DNA of 64,000 nt from Octopus sinensis (taxonomy: Eukaryota). Position numbers and translations under genes: made by a program. Below are positions 1-12,786 of this stretch, in pieces; the first letter of the stretch is position 1; each line of letters starts with the position of its first letter. The stretch lies in contig NC_043004.1 of assembly GCF_006345805.1 (NCBI RefSeq), positions 26,784,001 through 26,848,000 on the forward strand. Direction: 5' to 3'. The notes below the pieces were generated by a model. That model was not told where the DNA came from. It did not search any database and saw nothing but the letters and a program-made list of their open reading frames with translations.

Positions 1-214
1 GCTACACTTTTGTATTATGTTATATGTACAATAATGATAAAGGATGTTACCATATACATTTTTACAAACCAAGGATGTTATATAGATCTCCTTGACTCAA
101 GTTAGAGAAGGGGTGCATATTATACACAAGGTTTTGGTTTTTCAGAGGTACAGCCCACTAAAAATCCCCTGCGTATTATACTCAATGGTGGACTATACTC
201 AAGGATTTACGGTA
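1..214. mobile_element. Right end of a TA-flanked Tc1/mariner-superfamily MITE or DNA transposon (left end outside window)
   Basis: Ends GACTATACTCAAGGATTTACGGTA (191-214). Its reverse complement TACCGTAAATCCTTGAGTATAGTC resembles the TIR of the MITE at 43825-44035. Confidence 0.45.
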
Positions 215-350
215 ATTGTTTATTGGCGCCACAAACATTATCTCAGCAATTTGCTAAAACTATTCTGAAGGATGGAAACAGCAAGCATATTTTATTAACA
301 ACCATTGTTTGCTCTGTATGTGTGTGTGTGTGTGTGTGCGTGTGTGTGAA

Positions 351-757
351 TATCATCATCACCATCCTTTAATGTCTGTTTCCTGTGCTAGCATGAGTTG
401 GACAAGCTGGCAAGCTGGAGAGTTGCACCAAGTTCTAGTTTGATTTGGTTTGGTTTCTATAGTAGCATGCCCTTCCTAATACCAACCACTTTACAGTTGT
501 GCTGGGTCCTTTTAACATGGCACCACATGAGTGCTTTTACATAAGCAATGGCACAAGTGCTTTTTATGAGGCACTGGTACATGTCTCTCGCAGGCCAATC
601 CTCTTCACCATGGAGGATGGGTCTTCTTGAGTACAGCAAGGTACCAGGTATCTCAGTCCTTTTTCTTCTCATCTGAAAAGTTCAGTGTCCTGAGGTTGTC
701 CTACAGTACTTCATCCCATGTCTTCCTAGGTCTCCCTCTTCTACAGGTTCCATCCAC
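351..757 (-). mobile_element. RTE-clade LINE 3' end (ORF C-terminus, 3'UTR, (GAT)n tail), degenerate
   Basis: Minus translation from 757: VDGTCRRGRPRKTWDEVL*DNLRTLNF..D*DTW (RTE GRPRKTW..D..W C-terminus). It runs into the TCCAACyCATGCTAGCA..(GAT)n-type tail also found on short repeats in this window. Confidence 0.8.
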
Positions 758-771
758 ATATGTATATAAAC

Positions 772-802
<31 letters not shown>

Positions 803-815
803 CGTGTGTGTGTGT

Positions 816-1525
816 AAGTCCAGAGAGATAGATGAGATACTTGAACAGAAATACATAGATGTGTGCTATGTCCAAGAGCTATGATGGAGGAGAGCCTCAG
901 CCAGACTGCTTACTGGTAAAGGCCATAGATACAAATTCTGGGTAGGCAACAATGAAGGCTTAGGCGGTATAGATATTCTATGAAAAGAGATATAGGTGGA
1001 TAAGGTGATTGAAGTAATCAGGGTATGTGATAGGATTATTAAGCTAAGAATACCCTTGTGTGATGTAACTGTGTCAGTTATCTCTGCATATGTTCCACAT
1101 GCCAGACTTGTAGATACTTGGAAGGGCCACTTTTATGAATCTCTTCTGAGGACTACTTTGATGACGAAAGATGATGACATTCTCATCATGGCAGGGGACT
1201 TCAATGGACATGTTGGACAACACTGTGATAGATTTCAGGGTGTGCATGGTGGTTACAGCTTTGGCTCCAGAAATGAGAAGAGGACAACACTACTGGAGTT
1301 TTGCAATGCTCATGGCTAACTAGTCTGCAACACCAACTTCAGAGAACCTGCCAACCATCTGATCACTTATCAATCTGTACACCAGCCAAATTGACTACAT
1401 CCTCACCAGACACAGAGATAAATATATGCTCTTAAATGCAAAATCTTTCCCAGGGAAAGAATGTACAACACAATGTAAGCTAGTGGTTGGTGACTTCAGG
1501 CTTAGGGCCAGAAAGATTCAAAGAC
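816..1525 (+). mobile_element. RTE-clade LINE apurinic-like endonuclease domain, degenerate
   Basis: SREIDEILEQKYIDVCYVQE..W; ORF 996-1319 VISAYVPH..IMAGDFNGHVG..GVHGGYSFGSRN..LLEFC; then LVCNTNF and ITY. Stops and frameshifts present. Confidence 0.85.
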
Positions 1526-1870
1526 ACAAGCATTGGTGAATACTAGTAATGGTAGTGTGAGTATGTTGTTGATTGTCTATTTGGTTGGATATTTTTCCTG
1601 TCTTCTCACAGAACATCCATACATGGTCTTTGATGGGAGAGGCCGTCATATATATATATATTATATATATATATATTATCCAAAGTGAACAGTATTATAT
1701 ATCCCACATGGCTGATCTTACCGCTGGATACTCTTGCTGTTTACTTTGATTTTAATCCCCTTATTTTGAAATTGTATAGATAATATTGTACTACATTCTG
1801 GTGCCTCATCTTAAGTACCTAAATCATCTGAATCTAAATTTTTGCTATATATATATATATATATATATAT

Positions 1871-2035
1871 AGGTGCAGGAGTGGCTGTGTGGTAAGTAGC
1901 TTGCTTACCAACCACATGGTTCTAGGTTCAGTCCCACTGCGTGGCACCTTGGGCAAGTGTCTTCTACTATAGACTTGGGCCAACCAAAGCCTTGTGAGAG
2001 GATTTGGTAGAAGAAAACTGAAAGAAGCCCGTCGT
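1871..2035 (+). mobile_element. tRNA-derived SINE family 1, 5' half
   Basis: AGGAGTGGCTGTGTGGTAAG (A-box-like), GGTTCAGTCCC (B-box-like), CACCTTGGGCAAGTG core; many copies in window. Confidence 0.85.
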
Positions 2036-2534
2036 GTATATGTATATATCAGCAACTTATCTAAACCATCACTGGCCAAGCAACACCATCATTCAGTCAA
2101 ATACACTGTCTCTCACTGTGTGGCTCATAGTCAAGATGTTTTAATTCCCTCTGCTAATGAGTATGTTATCTGCTATTTACTGTTGAAAATCAACATTAGT
2201 GAATCATCAACTTATTAAAATATTTATTTCAAACATTAAAAAAGAACAAAAGTTATTAACCAATTTTTGATAATTGCTATATTTCCTTAAGATGTTTTAT
2301 GGTAATTAATGTTTCTGGAAAGACTTCAGTCATTGCAATTTATCCATTAATTATATATACATAGACATATGTATATGCACACGCATATGTGTGTATGTGT
2401 GTGTGTACATGTGCACATGCGCACGCATACACACACACACACACACACATATGCACACACACATGTATATATACATATGCTTATATATAGATCTTCTCTC
2501 TCTCTCTGTATATATATATATATATATAATTATA

Positions 2535-2575
<41 letters not shown>

Positions 2576-2751
2576 ATATATATATATATATATATACATA
2601 CACATACATATAGATATATAAGCATAAATATATATATATATACATATATATTTATAGGCACACATGCATATACATACATATATATATATACACACATATA
2701 TATATATACATACATATATATATATACACACATATATATATATATATAAAC

Positions 2752-2784
<33 letters not shown>

Positions 2785-2974
2785 TATCCAAAGTGAACAG
2801 TATTATATATCCCACATGGCTGATCTTACCGCTGGATACTCTTGCTGTTTACTTTGATTTTAATCCCCTTATTTTGAAATTGTATAGATAATATTGTACT
2901 ACATTCTGGTGCCTCATCTTAAGTACCTAAATCATCTGAATCTAAATTTTTGCTATATATATATATATATATAT

Positions 2975-3139
2975 AGGTGCAGGAGTGGCTGTGTGGTAAG
3001 TAGCTTGCTTACCAACCACATGGTTCTAGGTTCAGTCCCACTGCGTGGCACCTTGGGCAAGTGTCTTCTACTATAGACTTGGGCCAACCAAAGCCTTGTG
3101 AGAGGATTTGGTAGAAGAAAACTGAAAGAAGCCCGTCGT
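2975..3139 (+). mobile_element. SINE family 1, 5' half (duplicate of 1871-2035)
   Basis: Identical to 1871-2035 inside the tandem duplication. Confidence 0.85.
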
Positions 3140-3637
3140 GTATATGTATATATCAGCAACTTATCTAAACCATCACTGGCCAAGCAACACCATCATTCAG
3201 TCAAATACACTGTCTCTCACTGTGTGGCTCATAGTCAAGATGTTTTAATTCCCTCTGCTAATGAGTATGTTATCTGCTATTTACTGTTGAAAATCAACAT
3301 TAGTGAATCATCAACTTATTAAAATATTTATTTCAAACATTAAAAAAGAACAAAAGTTATTAAACCAATTTTTGATAATTGCTATATTTCCTTAAGATGT
3401 TTTATGGTAATTAATGTTTCTGGAAAGACTTCAGTCATTGCAATTTATCCATTAATTATATATACATAGACATATGTATATGCACACGCATATGTGTGTA
3501 TGTGTGTGTGTACATGTGCACATGCGCACGCATACACACACACACACACACACATATGCACACACACATGTATATATACATATGCTTATATATAGATCTT
3601 CTCTCTCTCTCTGTATATATATATATATATAATTATA

Positions 3638-3699
<62 letters not shown>

Positions 3700-4032
3700 A
3701 TACATACACATACATATAGATATATAAGCATAAATATATATATATATACATATATATTTATAGGCACACATGCATATACATACATATATATATATATACA
3801 CACATATATATACATACATATATATATATACACACATATATATATATATATAAACATATATATATAAATATACATGTACATATATATGCATACACACACA
3901 CACATATATATATACACACACTCACACAGACACATTTACATACACATACATATTTATATAGAGGTAAATAAAGATGTAGATGTATGTATATGTCTGTGTG
4001 CATGCATCTATGTATACACACACTCACACACA

Positions 4033-4063
<31 letters not shown>

Positions 4064-4689
4064 TCACTCACATACATATACATTTAATATATTTGCCTAT
4101 TCAGAATGCTATATAAAATACATGGAATGCTTGAAAACATTTAACTATGCTATGCCCAGATAAAAGTTCAAACAAGAAATTCTTAATATGTCTTTCCATG
4201 AAAATGATAATTTAATAAAATTTTAAATTAATACATTACCTTTTATCGTAATGAATCTTTCAGAAATGTTTCTTCAGTCATGTTTTATTCTTACACAAAA
4301 TCCAAATTAGTCTGATATATCATTACACGAATTAATTTTTACATTTTATTTTTCGATTTATTGCTTTATTTCAGCAGATTTATAAGAGCTATATGAACCA
4401 TGTACACATAGCAGAGTTGGTATTATCAGTTATAACCACAGATATAAGAAAGTTTATAAAGCCCCAATTTTGTCAATTTTTATAACACAGTTGTGCTATG
4501 GCTATTTTATGGAATCTTTAATTCTATCTTGAAATCTATATCCAACTCAGAGAGAAAGAAACAGGTCTGTAACGTAGACATTAATTTACTTTCAGTCATT
4601 CAACAGAGGGAGTTTTATAAAGCTGTGACAAAAGTGCATGTGAAATAAGTGCTGAAATAAAATGAACAGTAAAATGAAATGTGTTGTAC

Positions 4690-4736
4690 TAATCCAACAT
4701 TATCCAGTTCTTACAGAACTGGATAATGTTGGATTA
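4690..4736. repeat. Perfect 22-bp inverted repeat with 3-nt loop
   Basis: TAATCCAACATTATCCAGTTCT (4690-4711), TAC, AGAACTGGATAATGTTGGATTA (4715-4736). Confidence 0.95.
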
Positions 4737-6039
4737 ATTGTTTTTATAGTTCAGTTACTGCTCTGTTGTGTCCCTGTTATTAAATTTATATAGTATCTGT
4801 TCACCACCTTGCTGTAAAATAGATTCTGTTTCAATCAATGAAAAATAGAATGTATGGCTCTTTTTACAAACTGTGATATTACTTGCTAGCAAAAACATGG
4901 GCCCTGTATATGGAGAGCGCATGATGACAAGAATTAGATGAATTTCTCTTACTTTGCTGAATGTATAATTTTAGCATACATGAGCAATGGAGAACAGACA
5001 GGGTGAGAGAAAAAGTAAATGTAAGAGAATCAGATGTTGCAGAGCAAGAGAAGATTAACCTGATAGGGGGGATGACAGTAGAACAAAGGAGTGACTGGAG
5101 ATCCGAAAGGAAAACCAGCAAAAAAGAATGACTAAGGAATAGACAAGGAGAAGATATCAAGAGGGTGAATCTCATTAAGGAGAAGACAAAGGACTGCAAT
5201 AAATAGCAAGATGATGCTTAGTGGAGGAAACAACAGATAAATGGTCATAAAAAATCTCCTAATAATGATGACTGAATCTACCACGATGTAATTTTAGTTT
5301 AAACTACATAACTTGACCTGAATTTACAACTACAATATTGTATTCAATAACATCAAATAGAATTTTATGTTTCTTTGTTCTGCTTTTATTGAAAGTCTGC
5401 TTAAAACTCTTTCAGAGAATATGCAAATTTGGTTTCTTATAAAAAAAAATTATTGATTTCTATCAAAACGATTTAGATATAAGTCTGGAAAGTAAAATAA
5501 ATTATTTAGTCATCAGGAAGATGACAAGTTTGATATTTCAAACAAAACCTTTTGTCAGAGAGAGAGATACAATGTTGATTGGTGGTGGTAGTGGTGGTGA
5601 GTAAGTAGATTAGGTGAGTTGGATAACAATGAATAATAAAAAGAGAGTGAGGAGGAGAAGATAACAAGTGTATACCTGTGTTTGTAGGAGGACAATACTG
5701 AGAGAAAGGAAAAAAATCAACAGCAATAGTGGCAGATTTTTGAGAATCAAGAAGAAATGAATTTAAGATATGAAGATAACATACACACATGATGTTGATA
5801 TTATTTACTGTTGAATAACTGAAGTCTTATATCATAGAGGTATCCAACTGAATGTTTATGAAGGGTTTAGAGTTTCAATATTTCATTGTATGAGTCATGA
5901 CAGAGATCTGAGATCATGATATAGCAACCAAGAAGTCATTTTAAGGTGCCATTATTGTTATAGGGTGGCTTTAGTGACCAATGTTTCCAGCATAACAAGA
6001 AAATAGTTGATGAAATGAAGTATTTTGACCAATATTTCA

Positions 6040-6257
6040 AGCAAGCTGACAACATCATAAGCACACTGGGCAAAATGCTTAGTGGCATATTGTCTATCTT
6101 TATGCTCTGAGTTCAAATTCCACTGAGGTTGGCTTTACCTTTCATCCTTTCAGGGTCAATGAAATAATTACCAGTTGAGTACTGACGGGGGGGGGGGCAA
6201 TGTAACCAACTTACCCCTCCCCCTGAAGTTGCTGGCCTTGTCCCAAAGTTTGAAACT
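6040..6257 (+). mobile_element. tRNA-derived SINE family 2, diverged
   Basis: GGGCAAAATGCTTAG..CTGAGTTCAAAT..CCTTTCATCCTTTCAGGGTC, homologous to 24585-24815. Confidence 0.7.
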
Positions 6258-9200
6258 GATATTTCAAGCAATGGTCATTCAGCATTCTGGCTCGTGTAAT
6301 CCTAAATTTATGAACAAAAGACATGTGGTTAGCATCATGTAATTGGTAGAGGAATTTTTAAGGATAAGTGACTCATATATTCTTCACTGACTTAATCCCA
6401 CAACCTCCAACTCAACTACACCCTCACTTGACCACACCAGAGCTAATTCAAATTCAGTATTACAAACTGCAACTCAACATTACTAAGCCAACTGAAGTAT
6501 TATCAATTCAACTACATCATCATCAGACTCAACTCAACCACTATACCATCCCTGACTTAGCTACAGTGGTTGAGTTAGGGGTAGTTGTTGTGGTACTTAC
6601 GGTGATTGCAATGGCAGTGGTCACTCTGACAATGGTGGAATGAGAAGGCTTCATAGGTGACTGGAACTTTGTTGGTTTTCTGTACAGTAAAGAATCAAAA
6701 GCAGCTTGTTAGGAACTCCTGATGTTGGCAGTAAAATAGAGGAACAAATAAGGAAGAAAGCATGGGGAAAAAGACAGGAAAAAGGAATGAAAGAAGAGTT
6801 TAATGGAAGGAAGGAAGAGATGGATTTGGATGTTGTATAGGAGGTTGAAGAAAAAAGAATGAGGAAATGGTTGTAATGAAATGATGAATAAAATTTCTAT
6901 AAGATGGGAAAAGATAGCTAATAATGATATTAAAGGAGGAATTAAAAGAAAAAGAAAAAAAAGGAAGCAGGAAAGAGAGAAGGAAGTGTTGTACATACAT
7001 ATTTACATATATACATTATACGCACACACACACACACACATTTTACTTTAGTATTTTCTAAGTATACTCAGAGTACCTTCAATTCCAAATTTTGTTTCTA
7101 CATCTGTGATTTCTTCTCTTATTCTTCCTCGTGGCTGTCTATGGGGTTAAGAATGTCACTTCCACCATGTGTTACCATGGACAAATGTCTTCTATGAAAG
7201 CCTGGATTGACCAAAGGTTATGAGTGGGATTAATACAAATCTATCAGAGGGAATATTCATTGTTGGTAAATCGTTTGATTTACCAAGATCAGCACCTGGT
7301 CCTGACATATCTTTATGAAGCCCAGTCTATTTTAAGAAATTAAGTCAAATCTCTGGTTTGTAGATTATTTTCTCCCCTTCCATGCTCTCAGGGGCCCTGA
7401 AATGGAGCAAAAGTACAACTCTTTCTTCTCTTACAAATACATAAAACAGAACCTAGTCACAAAAAACAAATATATACAAACAAAGCTGCAGCATTGGTGA
7501 CCCCCTAATAATGTGTTTGAGATGGATAGCCTACCCCCAGTGATGTGTAGTGAGTAACTGTAACTTGTCACACTCTAGCTTGGAACATTTCACCCAACCC
7601 TACTTTGGTCACAAGCTTCAGAACCAGATGGGATATGGCAATACAAAACAACATACAGAGACTTTGACAACTTATATAATAAACCATTACATATTGTACT
7701 CTGCAGTGTAGGGTTCTCATTAATTGTAATTATAATGCATTAACAACTATGACACAATAAAAATGTTAAATCAAAATCAGTACTTGACTGGCAGTTTGTT
7801 TTATTGATTTCAGTGGTGTAAAACAAACTGACATCAGTGGGATTTGAACTCAGAATGCAACTAAATCTATTGCCTTAACTTAGTAAAGACATGATATTTT
7901 TGAAGCCCTATGTGTGTGTATTACTCTCAATTGTTTGACTGGCCATTTGTGTCAGAGTTATGATTCAATCAGGGTTGATCAGTTATTAAAGAAGTAGAAA
8001 AATTGTCAAGGTTATGAACATCCAGGGTGAAGGTAAAATAGTAAATTTCTTCAGAGACCCACATGATGACATTCCTGGTTCATAGTACACTCTTAAATAT
8101 TATACTGTTTGCTCCTCTGCTGTAGTCAACAAAAATAATTAAACCTACTAATTGGCTACTGCTCTGCTGTAATCAACCAACAAAACTAATTCAATGAAAT
8201 AAACAGTAAAAAAATATAGACGCAATGGCAGAGTATGTGTGGTACCGAATGTCCTAGGTTGAGTCTTGAGTTTATTTCTGCTGCAAATGTTTTATGTCAT
8301 TTCTAAACAAAACACTTAATTCTGTGTCTTAGTTCTATTTAACTGTTCCAAATTGGTGCCACCTCTGGGGAATGTTTCTACAATGGTTAATTATCATTGC
8401 TAGAAGATTTAAGAAACTGCTTTTGAAAGCAGAGTTAATGAGCCAATAAATTATGTAAAGGTTAACTAAATTTAGACAACGACTAAGGGAATTTAGCCAA
8501 GTAAATATAGATATACATCACCACCACCACCACTGTAGTGGGGATATACAACAGTAGTTCTCATTAGTATAAATGGTTTATATCTAGAATCTTCCCTAAA
8601 ACAAGTTTGAAATATAAAACTTTTGTAAATACTTCAACATTTATTTGTCTACTATAAAGCTTCAAAGTGGTAATCTTTCATCTGAAATTAATTTAAGGAC
8701 AAAAGCCATGTGGATTATTAAGAATCTGGAGTTATATTCCTTTATTCAAAGCATAATACTAATGCTTTTGAACAAACGAGGTTGTACTTGAATGAATTAA
8801 TGTAATAGTTTAATGGATTTTATTTTATCATCACTGAAGAGGTGAAAAGTCAAAGATGACTTCAGTGGGATTTGAAACCAGAATATAAAGAGATTAAAGC
8901 AGCACACTCTATAATGTCTTTAGTCCGGTGCCCTACCATTTCTGACAGCTCAACACTTGCATGTTATGCTATTAACCATTTATTTCTTAGAATTCTAATG
9001 TTTATCCTCCTTGTCTGTATAACTAAAGAAGAAAGGGATTTTTAAATTAAGACTCTTTGATACTTTGAATGGGGTGACATTTTCTGTGAGCGCCATTAAA
9101 AGAGATAACCTATGATTTAATAATGTTCAGGGACAGGGTACAGTTTGTGGGGAGGGAGGAGGGGATAAGTTGACATAACAAAGAAAATCAGGAAAATCAG

Positions 9201-9701
9201 AAATAAAAAGAGGCAAAGAGAAAAGTTTAATGAAATAGGAAATTAAAAGAATTAATCAACAGAAAATTAGTTTCAGAATAAATATGGTGTAAAGAGAGAA
9301 TGAAATATGAGACAGATTTAATTAGAGGTTTTATCTGATCAGATTTTAATTTATTCCATCAACACAGCTGGCTTAATTTCCTTTTAAACTATTAAATTGG
9401 TGAATCAGAAAGACTGAAAGGATAGGAATATGAAGGCGAGGGAAATGATTAATAAATATTTGAAAGTAAATAGCAATTAACATCAGGAACATGATCGTTA
9501 GTCCCATAAAGAAATGTAGTTTTAATTGTAATGAGCATTACTTAAGTAATTACTGTTTTGAAGTTATGTCTATCTCTACTGATGTTGTCTTGAGACTTCT
9601 ATTAACCTGAATCCAGAAAGCTGACATTCCATGCACCTCCCCAACCTGTAGCAAGATTACATAACATCAAAATGAATGGTCAGATCAGTGTGGTTCACAG
9701 T

Positions 9702-9751
<50 letters not shown>

Positions 9752-9938
9752 TATGTTATTGTAAGATTGCCAATGCAATGTTCTTCAAGAAATGGTTGAT
9801 AAAAGATTTATGACAACCACTACTGTATGTCACAACTTTGTTTCTTATTGTATTCTCAGAAATCTCTTAATCATCAGCATTACTAATGCTAATAGAGTGA
9901 TACAATTAGGATACTTCAATATTTAAAATGTGTACATA

Positions 9939-10335
9939 GTGTGGTAAGAAGCTTGCTAGGCTTCCCAATCACATGGTTCCAGGTTCAGTCCCACAGTATG
10001 GCACCTTGGGCAAGTGTCTTCTACTATAGCCTCAGGCCAACCAAAGCTTTGTGACTGGATTTGGTAGACGGAAACTGAAAAAAGCCTGTAGTATGTGTGT
10101 GTGTGTGTGTGTGTATGGGTGTGTGTGTATTTGTGTATCTGTGTTTGTCCCTCCACCATCGCTTGACAACTGATGTTGGTATGTTTAAGTTCTTGTAACT
10201 TAGCAGTTTGGCAAAAGATAGTGATAGAATAAATACTAGGCTTACAAAGAATAAGTCCTGAGGTCAATTTGTTCAACTAAAGAAGATGCTCCAGCATGGC
10301 CACAGTCCAATGACTGAAACAAGTAAAAGAATAAA
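9939..10335 (+). mobile_element. SINE family 1, near full length
   Basis: Head, core, internal (TG)n and ..CAGCATGGCCACAGTC..GAAACAAGTAAAAGA tail. Confidence 0.85.
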
Positions 10336-11840
10336 TGAATAGTACATCACACACATATATGTATTTATGTATATATGCAGTAGTTGGACAAAATAATGGC
10401 AACAATACTTTCTATTTTAATATTATTTTCTATTGACAATATGACTTTTCTGGTTGATTTGAAGGAAAAACTTGTGTTTCCATGACAGGCTGCCATAATA
10501 AAGCAACACTCTGGTTGACATGGGCTGTTTTGATAAAAAATTCCAAAGTGTTGAGTAAATGGTACCTTGGAAGGGGACAAAATGAAATGGAATGGAGGTA
10601 TGAAAGGATTTAAAATGTAAAGGATTTAGGGAATCATAAGAAATGTGTGGATGACAGAGTATGGCACTTCCTACAGTGGTGAGATGTGGGCTTGTAGGTA
10701 AATGCACGATGTTGTACTTTGTTGATACGGGAAGATGAAAGAAGAATAACAATAAAATGGCAATTCATGGGAATTAGAAAATGCTTCATTCTGGCTATGA
10801 AAAACAGATGTGATAGGGAGGCTAAAATTGAAAGCAAAGAACAATTTTTCAGTGGGTGTAAAATAAAAATAATTGGTGAATGTTTAAAGTGATTACAACA
10901 GGATGAGGGACTGATTGGAATCTGACAGATTGATGGAAGAAGGATTATTGGCAATGATAATGAACGGCAGGTGGGAGACAGTGATTGATGTCAACAGGTA
11001 GAGTAGTAAAGGGAGAGAGAGAGAGGGGGGATGGCTAGCAATAAAGATGGATGATGGGAAGAGAGAGTGAGAAATGGAGTAAAAAGTGAGAAAGTGAGAG
11101 ATAGGTAGCAATAAGCCATGGGGCTTATAGAAAAAATGACTATAGGTCGATAAATGCTACTCTTGGTAATTATGTAGGTGGTGTAACAAACCAGAGAGTG
11201 AGTAATATATAAGAGGGTTACAGGGAGAGAATGAGGGTTGGGGTTAAAAACTTATTATCAACACAATGGGTGAGAGATCCGAATTACACACCCTGACTGC
11301 TGTCCAGCATATTTACATCAGTTTTTCTATATATTCATCATTGCTAGGTCTTGTTCAGCACCATATGTTGTACCACTTATCACATTCCTTTGTCATCAAT
11401 TCTATGCAGTTTACTCTTTTGAGATCAGACTTAATTACCTTAATCCATGTCTCCCTAGGCTTTTTCTTCCATAAGCCCCTTCCAAGTTGAACATCAGGAC
11501 TTCTTTATACATCCAACATCCTTAATATGAATCAAGTGTCTAGAACAGCCCTCTCTGCTCTTGCATACAACATCTGATTTCTCTTATGTTCAATTTTACT
11601 ATCAGCCCATTTATGCAAACTAAAATTACAAATCCAGAGAAGTGTTAGTGTGTGTGTGTGTGTGTGTAAGTATATATGCATATGTGTTTGTATGTTGATG
11701 GCTATGTATGCACATATATTCAACACTTTATACACACTCAACATAAACTTTATAAGGTTCTAATTTATGCCTTCCATTAAAATATACTATTTCTTGTTTA
11801 CTAAAATATAAATTTTGATTATGAATTTTTATAATTTATA

Positions 11841-11907
<67 letters not shown>

Positions 11908-12087
11908 GCCCCTACACACAATTTTTTTCTCTCCTTGTTTCTCTCCTTGTTTCTTTCTGCCGAAGAGCGTAGGCTCGAAACGTAAAAGACTTGTTTTATT
12001 TCTATTCTTGAGCGCCATACTAATACATTGTTTGTTTGTACTCCACCTGCCTTCGTCTTTTGTTTATTTTCGTAAACCTTCCCATTA
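11908..12087 (+). mobile_element. Penelope pLTR-like short repeat (family A) with hammerhead-like motif, between (TA)n tracts
   Basis: Clearly homologous to 32040-32215 (GAAGAGCGTAGGCTCGAAACGT.AAAGACTTG..GAGCGCCATACTAATAC..CCACCTGCCTTCGTC). Confidence 0.6.
11952..11989 (+). ncRNA. Minimal type I hammerhead-like motif, non-canonical core
   Basis: Stem I TCTTT/AAAGA; core CTGCCGA plus extra A; stem II GAGC-GTAG-GCTC; GAAA; self-complementary ACGT stem III; site GUA. Confidence 0.45.
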
Positions 12088-12107
12088 TATATATATATAT
12101 ATATATA

Positions 12108-12282
12108 TGTAGGTCCCGGGTTGAGTCGGGGTTAACCACAGTAAATAAGGTACTCAATACATAGCAGAGTAAATTAATTTATTTTATAGAAGGAGCTTCT
12201 ACAGGACTAGGACTGTTTCATTCAAAATCCTGATGATTTCTTTTGAATGAAACAGTTCTAGTCCTGTAGAAGCTCCTTCTAT

Positions 12283-12288
<6 letters not shown>
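12108..12288. mobile_element. Penelope pLTR-like inverted junction: 47-bp arms around a CTGATGA core
   Basis: Arms 12181-12227 and 12241-12287 (46/47 complementary); spacer TCCTGATGATTTC; (TA)n on both sides. Confidence 0.6.
12228..12276 (+). ncRNA. Type I hammerhead-like motif with canonical core and truncated stem I
   Basis: CTGATGA (12230-12236); stem II TTC-TTTT-GAA with U.U closing pair; GAAA (12249-12252); stem III ACAG/CTGT; site GUA (12266-12268); only 2 bp of stem I remain. Confidence 0.45.
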
Positions 12289-12326
<38 letters not shown>

Positions 12327-12786
12327 GAGACTGGTACATCCTCAAAATAATTCAGTTTGCTTCAAGCCAAGCTGGTAGAAAACCCTGAATGAAGCTGCAC
12401 AGAAAATTATGCCTAATTGTATATGTGAATGCCCATACACTGTACAGTGGAAACACATGTAGGTCATTATAACCATAAAAATATGCTATATGACATTGTA
12501 AAATAACAGAAAATAAATTTTGAGGATGAACAAGTCTCTATATTCCCTATCCTAAGAACTATTGCTAACATACACTCCAGATAATATTACCACCTAGTGA
12601 AGTGAACACAGAATTACCCACTGGAAGAATTTACAGTGTGAGTGACAACTCCTAGTAGTCATAGGTGTTAAATACTAATTGCTGTGGTTAGCCGCAACCT
12701 GGAACATAACTGATAGCTCCCATGGTATCGGTCTGGATAATATATATATCCTTCTTAACTCATATTTATATATATACATATACATA

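Larger units (their letters stand above)
1648..3867. repeat. Near-identical tandem duplication, unit about 1.1 kb (about 1648-2750 and 2751-3867)
   Basis: Unique sequence from 1681 (CAAAGTGAAC) recurs at 2789. Duplicate ORF calls 1994-2218 and 3098-3322 are identical. Differences seen: microsatellite lengths and one extra A (TTATTAAC vs TTATTAAAC). Confidence 0.95.

Noticed and set aside
351-1525. Twin-priming inversion of one RTE element
   Set aside because: Orientation fits, but the parts are the two extremes of the ORF and a microsatellite separates them; independent insertions are simpler.
1871-1950. tRNA genes at SINE heads
   Set aside because: A/B-box-like motifs run into SINE bodies and I could not build a full cloverleaf.
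2351-4116. YI/CV/HT-repeat ORFs here and throughout the window
   Set aside because: Translations of dinucleotide microsatellites.
6368-6643. 91-aa ORF with hydrophobic tail
   Set aside because: Decayed low-complexity sequence, no canonical start and no recognisable homology.
7392-7549. Plus-strand exon with good acceptor and GTGAGT donor
   Set aside because: Stops in all three frames.
9611-9649. 39-nt minus microexon (..WGGAWNVSFLDS..)
   Set aside because: Weak donor (GTTAAT), too short to assess and no partner exons found.
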